Part shown: positions 15,043-23,826 of the stretch, piece after piece
Layout: each line of letters starts with the position of its first letter
Numbering within the stretch: position 1 is the stretch's first letter
Source of the DNA: Candidatus Saccharimonadota bacterium
GTDB taxonomy: Bacteria; Pseudomonadota; Alphaproteobacteria; Rickettsiales; Anaplasmataceae
Assembly: GCA_029715105.1 (NCBI GenBank)
Contig: CP085695.1
Span: 510,001-542,000, forward strand
Direction of reading: 5' to 3'
Length of the DNA: 32,000 bases
Translations under genes and position numbers: made by a program
The notes under the pieces: model-generated
The model's database searches: none
Seen by the model: the letters and a program-made list of their open reading frames with translations, nothing else
What the model was told of the DNA's origin: nothing

Positions 15043-15378
15043 AGTATCTAACAAACCACCCTTCCTATATTTCTTCTATTTATTTTATATTTATAAAAAA
15101 CTTCTAGTGTTAATTATTATATTTATATATGTACCTTCTACTCTTAGAAACCTTTCTTGCCACATATAAAGCATATAGCAAATTACTTTTAAAATCTCTC
15201 CCAGTAGAGTTAGAGCAACTTTATAAGTTTCGAGCTTTATCAAGCTGAATTCCTATTTATAGTTTTTATTGTATAACACACAATACACAAAATTTTAATT
15301 CTTCTCGTTAAAATTCCTTATATTGAACTGAAATTAAATTCTTGCTAATAAAAAAAAAAGTATATATCCTAGCAAACT

Positions 15379-15470
15379 AGGGAGAGCGTGCGGGCAAAAA
15401 CTCTGTAATCTGGTCAGATCAGAAATGAAGCAGCCACATCAGAATACATTTTGGGTTGCATGTCTCTCTA
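15379..15470 (+). ncRNA. ffs: Signal recognition particle RNA (small bacterial SRP / 4.5S RNA); ends are approximate
   Basis: CTCTGTAATCTGGTCAGATCAGAAATGAAGCAGCCACATCAGAA matches the conserved domain IV of 4.5S RNA (E. coli CUCUGUUUACCAGGUCAGGUCCGGAAGGAAGCAGCCAAGGCAGA). The flanks GGGAGAGCGTGC and GCATGTCTCTC pair to close the hairpin. A position directly upstream of dnaX is common in bacteria. Confidence 0.88.
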
Positions 15471-15495
15471 CACTATATAATTACACAACATTATT

Positions 15496-16986
15496 GTGAA
15501 CTTAGCACTAAAATATCGCCCGGACAATTTCGAAGATTTAATAGGTCAAGATGTACTAGTCCGTATATTAAAAAACTCTTTCTCTCTTAACAAGATACCA
15601 CAATCCATACTGCTGTTTGGTAATAGCGGAGTTGGTAAAACTACTACAGCAAGAATAATAGCTCTGTGTTTAAATTGCTCCTTCGGACCAACTTCTAATC
15701 CCTGTGGATCATGTAAAAATTGTCTAGCAATAAAAAATTCGAATCACCCAGATGTAATAGAAATTGACGCAGCGAGTCATACTAGCATTGAGGATATCAA
15801 AATAATTTTAGAAAACATCTGCTATTCATCCATAAATTCTAAATTTAAAATTTACATTATAGATGAAGTGCATATGTTATCTAATAATGCATTTAATGCA
15901 TTACTTAAAACCTTAGAAGAACCACCACACAATGTAAAATTTATTTTAGCAACTACAGAAATAAAAAAAATACCAATAACCATTATTGCGCGTTGTCAAA
16001 AATTCAATTTACATAATATCCCTTCTATTAAAATAGTAAAACGGTTGAATGATATTGCTAAAAAAGAAAACTACCTCATCGAGAATGGTGTATCTGAATT
16101 AATTGCACGCCATTGTAACAGTTCATTACGTAACGCTCTATTCCTAATGGATCAAGTAGTTTTATATAGTAAAGGTAGTACAATATCTATCAAAAATGTA
16201 ATAGAGACACTTAACATAATAGACACAGATATTGTATTCAATTTATTAGAAATAATAGTAGACGGAGATCTACAAAATGCTCTACTAATATTCGACAAAA
16301 CAGTAAAATCAACGGATCCTCTTAATATTTTTGAAGGCCTATTACAAACAATTCAACTAGTGTGTCGTTATATAATAACAAAGGAAATTAACATTTCAAT
16401 TACAGATTATGAAAAAGATAAAATAAAGAATCTAAGCATAAAAAAATCTTTGATCTTTTATTCAAGGCTATGGAAAGTATTACTCAATGGAATTCATGAT
16501 ATAAAAATATCAACATGCAATGACGTTGCCGCTGAAATGATATTAATTAATCTATGCTATCTTTCTGACTTACCTTCTTTGGAGAAGGTAATTAAAAAAG
16601 TTTTTATACAAAATACACAACATATACAAAAAAACGTTTGTAATATAAAAAGCAACAAAGAGCAAAAAAATTATAATTTTGATAAAATTTTGCAATTATT
16701 ACAACAAGATAAGCAAATTTATCTTTACAAACAGTTATGCAATAATCTACAATTGGTGGACTGCAAGAACGGATATCTAAAATTAAAAGCAATGTCTCAA
16801 TTAAATAATGATTTTTGTAGTAAATTAAAAAATTACTTAAATCATGTAACTCAACTGAAATGGATTATTACAATCGATCAAGTCTGCACAAAAGAGATGG
16901 ATAGTTCAAATGCACCTATCATTAATGATATACTTAACACCTTTAAAGGTGCAAAAGTAATTAATGTTGAAGACAATGAAAATTGA
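15496..16986 (+). CDS. dnaX: DNA polymerase III subunit gamma/tau
   Basis: 496-aa ORF with GTG start: LALKYRPDNFEDLIGQD...LLFGNSGVGKTTTARIIA..LNC...CGSCKNC...HPDVIEIDAAS...IYIIDEVHMLS..AFNALLKTLEEPP..VKFILATTE..KIP.TIIARCQ. Confidence 0.93.
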   Translation: MNLALKYRPDNFEDLIGQDVLVRILKNSFSLNKIPQSILLFGNSGVGKTTTARIIALCLNCSFGPTSNPCGSCKNCLAIKNSNHPDVIEIDAASHTSIEDIKIILENICYSSINSKFKIYIIDEVHMLSNNAFNALLKTLEEPPHNVKFILATTEIKKIPITIIARCQKFNLHNIPSIKIVKRLNDIAKKENYLIENGVSELIARHCNSSLRNALFLMDQVVLYSKGSTISIKNVIETLNIIDTDIVFNLLEIIVDGDLQNALLIFDKTVKSTDPLNIFEGLLQTIQLVCRYIITKEINISITDYEKDKIKNLSIKKSLIFYSRLWKVLLNGIHDIKISTCNDVAAEMILINLCYLSDLPSLEKVIKKVFIQNTQHIQKNVCNIKSNKEQKNYNFDKILQLLQQDKQIYLYKQLCNNLQLVDCKNGYLKLKAMSQLNNDFCSKLKNYLNHVTQLKWIITIDQVCTKEMDSSNAPIINDILNTFKGAKVINVEDNEN

Positions 16987-17000
16987 GGAGTAATAATAAA

Positions 17001-17336
17001 GTGGTAGATTTCAATCAAATAATGAAACAAGCGCAAGAAATGCAAAGAAAGCTTACGGAAACTCAAGGAAAATACATTGGAAAAAAATTTCAAGGTATCT
17101 CCGGAGGTGGAAAAGTTTCTGTACTAGTAGAAGTTATAAAAATAGGTAGCTATAAAGCTAAAAAAGTAAACATAGATTCAGAACTTATAAAAAATGAAGA
17201 GAAAGATATAATAGAAGATTTAATAATAGCAGCATTTAATGATGCAACTAAAAAAGCAGAAGAAGATATGGCAAATGCAACTTCTGATCTAGCAAATATG
17301 ATTGGATTACCACCTGGATTTAAACTTCCTTTCTAA
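17001..17336 (+). CDS. ybaB: Nucleoid-associated protein YbaB/EbfC
   Basis: The track ORF 16983..17336 starts at a TTG. An AGGAG at 16986-16990 followed 10 nt later by an in-frame GTG at 17001 looks like the real start. NQIMKQAQEMQRKL...GGGKVSVLVE...IIEDLIIAAFNDA...MIGLPPGFKLPF matches E. coli YbaB (NLMKQAQQMQ...LPPGFKMPF). No recR follows. Confidence 0.88.
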   Translation: MVDFNQIMKQAQEMQRKLTETQGKYIGKKFQGISGGGKVSVLVEVIKIGSYKAKKVNIDSELIKNEEKDIIEDLIIAAFNDATKKAEEDMANATSDLANMIGLPPGFKLPF

Positions 17337-17548
17337 GAGAATTCCTGTAAATAAAATTTCTATGTTTGTTAGATAAATTGTATTCCAAAGCGGAAGAATA
17401 AATCCAAAGTTAATGAGAAATATCTAAAATGGAGACAATCAAAATTTGATATGACAATATATATAAATCTAGAGTAAGAGTAAAAGAGAAGGTCCAAATA
17501 TCAAACATTTAACATTTTATGTTATATATTATCGCCGTAAGTTAATAC

Positions 17549-17577
17549 TTGACTTAGCTTTGGTTTTTACTTAGATT
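17549..17577 (+). promoter_or_regulatory. Candidate sigma-70 promoter of wsp (TTGACT-N17-TAGATT)
   Basis: aatacTTGACTtagctttggtttttactTAGATTgctaaag, 33 nt upstream of the wsp ATG. A G-rich ribosome-binding site (acGGGGGcaattATG) lies downstream. Confidence 0.35.
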
Positions 17578-17609
17578 GCTAAAGTAAAATTTTATTAACG
17601 GGGGCAATT

Positions 17610-18311
17610 ATGCATTATAAAAAGTTTTTTTCATCAACAGCTTTAGTAGCATTGCTAAGCCTGTCAAACGCCGCTTTTTCAGATTCCATTGATTCAATAA
17701 TTGACGAGGAAGCAAATTATTATATTCGCATGCAATACAATAATGAATTTTTACCTTTTAAAACAGAAGTTCGTGGTGTTGAGCTCAAGAAAGAAGAAAG
17801 TCAAAGAGACTATTTAAAAGCCTCTTTTATAGCAGGAAGTACAGCATTTGGTTACAAGATGGACGACATCAGAGTCGATATTGAAGGACTCTATTCACAA
17901 CTATACAAAAGTGAAATTAATGATGATACAATGTCTGTTTCAAAGATTACAGATAATTTAACCGTATTTTCAGGGTTAATTAACGTTTATTATGATATAG
18001 AAATTGAGGATATCCCTGTTACTCCGTATGTTGGTGTTGGATTGGGTATAGCATATCTTAATAATCCTATGATGGATGGAGTTATCACAGATCAAAAATA
18101 CGGATTTGGTTTTGCCTACCAAGCAAAAGCTGGTGTCAGCTATGACACAACTCCAGAAGTTAAGCTTTTCGCTGGAGCTCGCTATTTTGGTTCTTATGGT
18201 GCTAAATTCGATAAAAGCGAAGATGAAAAAGGAATAAAAATTATTAAAGATGCATATAGAATTCTTTATAATACTGTCGGTGCAGAAACTGGAATAATAT
18301 TCAATTTCTAA
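17610..18311 (+). CDS. wsp: Outer-membrane surface protein of the WSP / Msp4 / OMP-1 family (Wolbachia surface protein-like beta-barrel)
   Basis: 233-aa ORF. The N-terminus MHYKKFFSSTALVALLSLSNAAFSD is nearly identical to the canonical WSP signal peptide as I recall it. It continues YYIRMQYNNEFLPF, has alternating beta-strand patterns (GFAYQAKAGVSYD, KLFAGARYFGSYGA) and ends with a C-terminal ...GIIFNF. Confidence 0.85.
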   Translation: MHYKKFFSSTALVALLSLSNAAFSDSIDSIIDEEANYYIRMQYNNEFLPFKTEVRGVELKKEESQRDYLKASFIAGSTAFGYKMDDIRVDIEGLYSQLYKSEINDDTMSVSKITDNLTVFSGLINVYYDIEIEDIPVTPYVGVGLGIAYLNNPMMDGVITDQKYGFGFAYQAKAGVSYDTTPEVKLFAGARYFGSYGAKFDKSEDEKGIKIIKDAYRILYNTVGAETGIIFNF

Positions 18312-18572
18312 ATAATAAATTATTTTGTATCTCTAAATTGGTACTAATATCGAATTATAGTATCCTCTTTCTGGCAATATTTTTAAAAAGCAAAAGTTTT
18401 TCTTGGTAATAAAAGGGGAAGGACTGGAAGCGTTGCTTAATTGTAGATCCTAGTATTATAAAACACTGGATAGCAACACTTCTTCCTCACCGGCCCCTTC
18501 TTTACTAAAAAGAAAGACTTGAATTTTTATAAAAATCTATATATTGTACTTACAAGTTTGTTTAGGTTTGCT

Positions 18573-19469
18573 ATGTTAGTTCCAACATCTGATTTGTGTA
18601 TCAATAGCTCTAGTCTGTCACAATACATTGTCGAAGTACAAAAGTTTCCTATTTTATCCCAAGAAGAAGAAATACAGCTAGCAAAAAATTGGCACCAACA
18701 CAAAGATATCTCTTCTGCTCATAAATTAATTACAAGTCACTTAAATTTAGTAATAAAAATTGCAATGAAATTCAAAAATTACGGATTATTACTAATGGAT
18801 TTAGTGATGGAAGGAAATATGGGTTTACTGCATGCAATAAAGAAGTTTAATCCTGATTTAGGGTTTCGCTTTTCAACTTATGCAATGTGGTGGATTGAGG
18901 CCTCAATAAAAGACTTTATATTAAAATCTTGGTCGTTTGTAAAAATAGGTACGACTCAAGCACAAAGAAAACTATTTTTTAGTTTACGTAAAATAAAAAA
19001 AAGAATTTTACGATATACAAATAGAGAGACATTAAATAATGAAGAAATAAAATCAATATCTAATGAACTTTCTGTATCTGAAGGGGATATTATACAAATG
19101 AGTTATCGCTTAGCTTATCAAGATCAATCGCTGAACAAATGTATAAAAATAGGCGATAGCTCTAAAAAAGAATTACAAGACATAATTCCATGCAATAATT
19201 CAACAATTAATCAAGAAATGACTTATCAAAAACATGAAGAAAAAGAGTTAAAAGAAATTATTTTAAATAGCGCACTAGCAAATCTCAATGAAAGATCAAG
19301 AGATATCTTTATCAGCAGATATCTATCTGAAAATTCTCAAACTTTAGATGAACTTAGCAAAAAATATTGCATCTCAAAAGAAAGAATAAGACAACTAGCC
19401 GAACAAGCGATGGGTAAAATAAAACGGCATATACACCTAAAAAGTTTAGAGCTTGGCTTATATGCTTAA
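18573..19469 (+). CDS. rpoH: RNA polymerase sigma-32 (heat-shock sigma factor RpoH)
   Basis: The track ORF 18519..19469 starts at a TTG. ATG 18573 gives MLVPTSDL... Motifs: FPILSQEEEIQLAK, SHLNLVIKIAMKFKNYGLLLMDLVMEGNMGLLHAIKKFNPDLGFRFSTYAMWWI, and the RpoH box QAQRKLFFSLRK. Confidence 0.92.
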   Translation: MLVPTSDLCINSSSLSQYIVEVQKFPILSQEEEIQLAKNWHQHKDISSAHKLITSHLNLVIKIAMKFKNYGLLLMDLVMEGNMGLLHAIKKFNPDLGFRFSTYAMWWIEASIKDFILKSWSFVKIGTTQAQRKLFFSLRKIKKRILRYTNRETLNNEEIKSISNELSVSEGDIIQMSYRLAYQDQSLNKCIKIGDSSKKELQDIIPCNNSTINQEMTYQKHEEKELKEIILNSALANLNERSRDIFISRYLSENSQTLDELSKKYCISKERIRQLAEQAMGKIKRHIHLKSLELGLYA

Positions 19470-19962
19470 ATTTTTCGCGCTCCTAGCGTTTTTTCTAATA
19501 TCTGCTTTCACATCAATTAGTGATATACATTTGAAAGATAAATATAAAGATTGGTTCGTGTATACTGCACTGGAGGATGGGGAAAGAGTATGCTACATTG
19601 TATCATACCCTAAAAAGAAAAGTAAACATTACAAAACTAATCGAAAACCATATATAATGGTCATCTATGTCGATAAAAAGGCTGATGAAGTCAGTGTTAC
19701 TTCCGGTTTTCGTTATTATAATGAACCTGTAATTCTTAATATTGATAAAAAAGTTAAATATACATTACCAATAATACAAGAGGATTTTGCATGGACAGAG
19801 TGTACAAAAACAGATCAAGAACTAATTATTGAAATGAAACAAGGGCTCTCAATGGAAGTTAATGGAAAAACAAATGAAGCAACAACTGTTGATGATACTT
19901 ATTCTCTGCTTGGTTTTAAAAAAGCATACCAAAAAATGCACAATCTATGTCATATAAAATAA
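19462..19962 (+). CDS. Small secreted protein of unknown function (signal peptide; possibly invasion-associated-locus-B/IalB-like)
   Basis: ATG 19462 overlaps the rpoH stop by 8 nt. MLKFFALLAFFLISAFTSIS is a signal peptide. The rest reads YKDWFVYTALEDGERVCYIVSYP...ELIIEMKQGLSMEVNGKT...DDTYSLLGFKKAYQKMHNLC. The W...C...P and D.YSL.GF...C pattern resembles IalB-family periplasmic proteins. The family assignment is from memory only. Confidence 0.5.
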   Translation: MLKFFALLAFFLISAFTSISDIHLKDKYKDWFVYTALEDGERVCYIVSYPKKKSKHYKTNRKPYIMVIYVDKKADEVSVTSGFRYYNEPVILNIDKKVKYTLPIIQEDFAWTECTKTDQELIIEMKQGLSMEVNGKTNEATTVDDTYSLLGFKKAYQKMHNLCHIK

Positions 19963-20409
19963 TAGTCATAATAAATAATTATTAAAAATGAGATAATATA
20001 AACCAAAAAGAAATATTAAAGTAGGAGCTTCTGATCTCGTCCCGTATTCTTAACAGAAGGTATAATAGATAAAAATTTCGTAGTTATTAAATTTTATAAA
20101 ATAGTTTTAGAGCTCAATTTAAAAATTTCAAAGCTTATTACATTTTAAATGTACATAATTGATTTATTGATTAAAAATTAGAACAAAATCACCAAACATT
20201 AAAATTAATGAGATAATAAATCTATTATAAATAATCAATATTTAAGGAATTAAATTATAAAATTTAAAAAAAAATATTTTATAAAAGAAAAGCTTTTAAA
20301 TGAATGATACCACTAAAATTTTCTAATTTAATATATAATTGTTATAAACTATATTTAACAATATAATAATTCTCTTATTTAATTAAGAATAGAACGCGCA
20401 TTATAGATT

Positions 20410-23061
20410 ATGTCGAATTCTGCACTAATTTTAACAGTTATCCTTATATTTTTCATTTTTATATTATTATTTTTTTTTATAAAAAGTACATCTATATCAA
20501 CAAATAAAAAAATATTAAAATCCTTTAAAAAAATTATTCAACAAATAAACTCTTTAGAATCCGAGATGCAAAATTTATCTGATGAAGAATTAGCTAATAA
20601 AACTAAAAAATTTAAACAAGAATTAAAAAACGGAAAAACATTAAATGATCTTCTAGTACCAGCATTTGCAATTGTACGAGAAGCATCTCGAAGATTTCTT
20701 GGTATGAGACATTTTGATGTTCAACTAATAGGTGGAATAGTACTTCACAGTGGTATGATATCGGAAATGAAAACAGGTGAGGGAAAAACACTAGTTGCAA
20801 CTCTAGCTGCATATCTAAATTCTTTAGAAGGAAAAGGAGTACACGTTGTAACTGTCAATGACTATCTCGTAAAACGAGATACAGAATGGATGAATAAATT
20901 ATATAGCTCTCTTGGAGTTTCTGTAGCATTTATCACAAATGATTTAACAGATCAAGAAAGAAAAAAGGCTTATAATGCAGATATTGTATACTCAACAAAT
21001 AATGAGCTTGCTTTTGATTATTTACGAGATAACATGAAATTTTCTCAGAAAGATATGGTACAAAGAGGATTTAATTATGCAATAATAGATGAAGTAGACT
21101 CTATATTAATTGACGAAGCACGGACTCCTCTCATTATTTCTGGTCCGGTAAAAGAAGATAATCAAATATACGAACATATAAATAAAATAGTAATTAAATT
21201 GCTCGATTCTGATTATGAAATTGATGAAAAAGGTAAAACTGTATTTCTTACTGAAAAAGGTATTTCACAAGTAGAAGAACTACTTAAATTATACAATCTT
21301 ATTCCTGAAAATTCTTCACTTTATGATACAGGTAATATGATAATGACTCATTATATAAATCAAGCATTACGTGCCCATAAATTATTCATTGCTAATAAGG
21401 ATTACATAGTAAAGGATGGTAAGGTAATAATTATTGATGAGTTCACTGGACGCATACTAAACGGCAGAAGATATTCCGATGGCCTTCATCAAGCACTTGA
21501 AGCGAAAGAGAATCTTAAAATTCAATATGAGAATCAAACTTTAGCATCAATCACATTTCAGAATTACTTTCGCATGTATAACAAACTCTCTGGTATGACT
21601 GGAACAGCAATAACAGAAGCAGAAGAATTTCGTGATATATATAAATTAAATGTAATAAAAATTCCAACTAATGTATCCATAAAAAGAGTAGACGTCGATG
21701 ATGAAATTTATGGTACAGAAAAAGAAAAATTTAATGCTGTATTGAAATTTATAAAAGAATGTCACAAACGACTTCAACCTGTTTTAGTTGGTACAGCTAG
21801 TATTGAAAATTCCGAAAAACTTTCTACACTTCTAAAAAAAAATTCTCTTAAACATTCAATATTAAACGCTCGTTATCATGAACAAGAGGCATACATAATA
21901 GCTCAAGCTGGAATACCTGGAAATATTACTATAGCAACTAATATGGCTGGACGTGGAACTGATATTCGACTTGGCGGTAACGCTGAAATGATAGCAAAAA
22001 TTGAACTAAATAAAATAAAAAATTCTTACGATAAAATAAAAAAATATCAAGAAATAGTTGAAAAAGTAAAAAAAGATAAAGAAATCGCTATAAAAGCCGG
22101 AGGCTTATGCGTAATTGGAACCGAAAGACATGAAAGTAGAAGAATAGATGATCAATTACGTGGTCGTTCAGGTCGCCAAGGCGATCCTGGACTTTCTAAA
22201 TTTTTTCTATCCCTTGAAGATGATTTAATGAGAATATTTGGTTCCGATAGAATAAAAAATTTTTTACAAAAAGTAGGGTTAAAAAACAACGAAGCTATTC
22301 ATCATCCATGGATTAGTAAAGCACTTGAAAAGGCTCAAAAGAAAGTCGAAGCTAGAAATTATGATGTACGAAAATCTTTACTTAAGTTTGACGATGTAAT
22401 CAATAACCAACGCAGAGTCATTTTTAAACAAAGAAATCACATTTTAAATAATGAAATCAATGATCTATATGAAATATATAGTGAAGTAAATGAAAATATA
22501 ATAGAAAATATAGTACAAAACGGTTATTGTGAAGATTATGTTGAAGATATAACTAAAGAATTCTGTATGAGATATGGAATAACTCTTAACAAAGAAAACT
22601 TAGCAAAGCTTTTTAAAAAGCAAGAAGTTTTAAGCTATATAAATAGTAAAACAAAAGAATTTTTTTTAAAAAAGAAAATATATTTTAATAGTCAAAAAAT
22701 TATAGATTTATGGAACACAATAGTGAAACAAGTAATGATCATGACACTCGACCATTTATGGAGAGAACATCTTTCTCTTTTAGAAAGTTTAAGACAAAGC
22801 TCAAATCTACGTGCTATGGGACAAAAAGACCCATTAAGTGAATTTAAACGTGAAGCTTTTTTTATGTTTGAATCGATGCTTGAAAAGTGGAAAGAACTTA
22901 CTATTTATCGTTTAGCACATTTCAAACTAACAGATAGTCAAGAAATAAAATTCCATCATCCTGTTAAAAAGAACAACTTCCAAAAAGTTTCGAGAAATGA
23001 TAAATGCCCTTGTAATTCTGGAAAAAAATATAAGCACTGCCATGGTACACAGTTACTTTAA
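20410..23061 (+). CDS. secA: Preprotein translocase ATPase SecA (with an atypical hydrophobic N-terminal extension)
   Basis: 883-aa ORF. Motifs: [112 protein letters not shown], and a C-terminal zinc motif [14 protein letters not shown]. Confidence 0.95.
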   Translation: MSNSALILTVILIFFIFILLFFFIKSTSISTNKKILKSFKKIIQQINSLESEMQNLSDEELANKTKKFKQELKNGKTLNDLLVPAFAIVREASRRFLGMRHFDVQLIGGIVLHSGMISEMKTGEGKTLVATLAAYLNSLEGKGVHVVTVNDYLVKRDTEWMNKLYSSLGVSVAFITNDLTDQERKKAYNADIVYSTNNELAFDYLRDNMKFSQKDMVQRGFNYAIIDEVDSILIDEARTPLIISGPVKEDNQIYEHINKIVIKLLDSDYEIDEKGKTVFLTEKGISQVEELLKLYNLIPENSSLYDTGNMIMTHYINQALRAHKLFIANKDYIVKDGKVIIIDEFTGRILNGRRYSDGLHQALEAKENLKIQYENQTLASITFQNYFRMYNKLSGMTGTAITEAEEFRDIYKLNVIKIPTNVSIKRVDVDDEIYGTEKEKFNAVLKFIKECHKRLQPVLVGTASIENSEKLSTLLKKNSLKHSILNARYHEQEAYIIAQAGIPGNITIATNMAGRGTDIRLGGNAEMIAKIELNKIKNSYDKIKKYQEIVEKVKKDKEIAIKAGGLCVIGTERHESRRIDDQLRGRSGRQGDPGLSKFFLSLEDDLMRIFGSDRIKNFLQKVGLKNNEAIHHPWISKALEKAQKKVEARNYDVRKSLLKFDDVINNQRRVIFKQRNHILNNEINDLYEIYSEVNENIIENIVQNGYCEDYVEDITKEFCMRYGITLNKENLAKLFKKQEVLSYINSKTKEFFLKKKIYFNSQKIIDLWNTIVKQVMIMTLDHLWREHLSLLESLRQSSNLRAMGQKDPLSEFKREAFFMFESMLEKWKELTIYRLAHFKLTDSQEIKFHHPVKKNNFQKVSRNDKCPCNSGKKYKHCHGTQLL

Positions 23062-23826
23062 TAAATTATTTTTTTGTTTAATAATTAATTATTTTATAAT
23101 TTAAAATTATATTTCTTTCTAAATTAGAGAATATAACACCCTTCCTATAGAAAACCGTCCCAAAATTATAAAGAGTGCAATTTCATTTTATAATGGATCC
23201 AGATCATACTTATTTTTATCTTATTTTGTAAAATATAAAAATTACCTACTTGATATAATAAAATATTTTATAGCTAAATACACCATCCTCTCTGATATAA
23301 TTTATCTTCATAGAAAGAAATTTATCTTTATAATGAGAAAGAAAATAATATAAAGATTACCAAAATAATAATTTTAAACCTTAAAAAATTTTAAAGACGT
23401 GGATTATAACATATATGCTTCAATTTTTGAAACAGAATGTTTTATTTCAAACCTCATATTATATTATTTCCTGCCGTAATATAGGGATATTATTAAACAA
23501 TATAGAAAAAATTACAAGACCGACCTTTTATTATAGGGGTATAGGTCCCATAAAGTTTATTATATTAAATAAATTAAATTATTTTAATATCCTAATTCTA
23601 GCCTTTAGAGTCAATAAAAATATTTTGCTAAAAACTTCAAAAGATATTTTATATAAAACTATTTTTCTAGAAATTGTAAAATAAAATCAAATAATTTTAT
23701 AAATTAACAAATTAATAAATAAACACAAAACTAAAATAAAACATATAAAACTTTATTCTACATCTTTCCCCTTCAAAGTAAAAAGCTCTTATAAAGCTCT
23801 CTTTTAAAATATTAAATTAAACGTTT

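Noticed and set aside
16594-16600. AAAAAAG in dnaX near the domain III boundary, the same heptamer as the E. coli dnaX -1 frameshift site that produces the gamma subunit.
   Set aside because: The heptamer is in the wrong phase. The zero frame reads ATT AAA AAA GTT, not xxA AAA AAG. The -1 frame runs about 16 codons before a stop, and I see no downstream stem-loop. A-runs are common in this genome.
23415-23684. An 89-codon ORF in the secA/der spacer.
   Set aside because: There is no ribosome-binding site, and the composition (I/N/K/L/F/Y) is what random AT-rich DNA encodes. I recognise no motif. It also lies in a convergent spacer with no promoter context.
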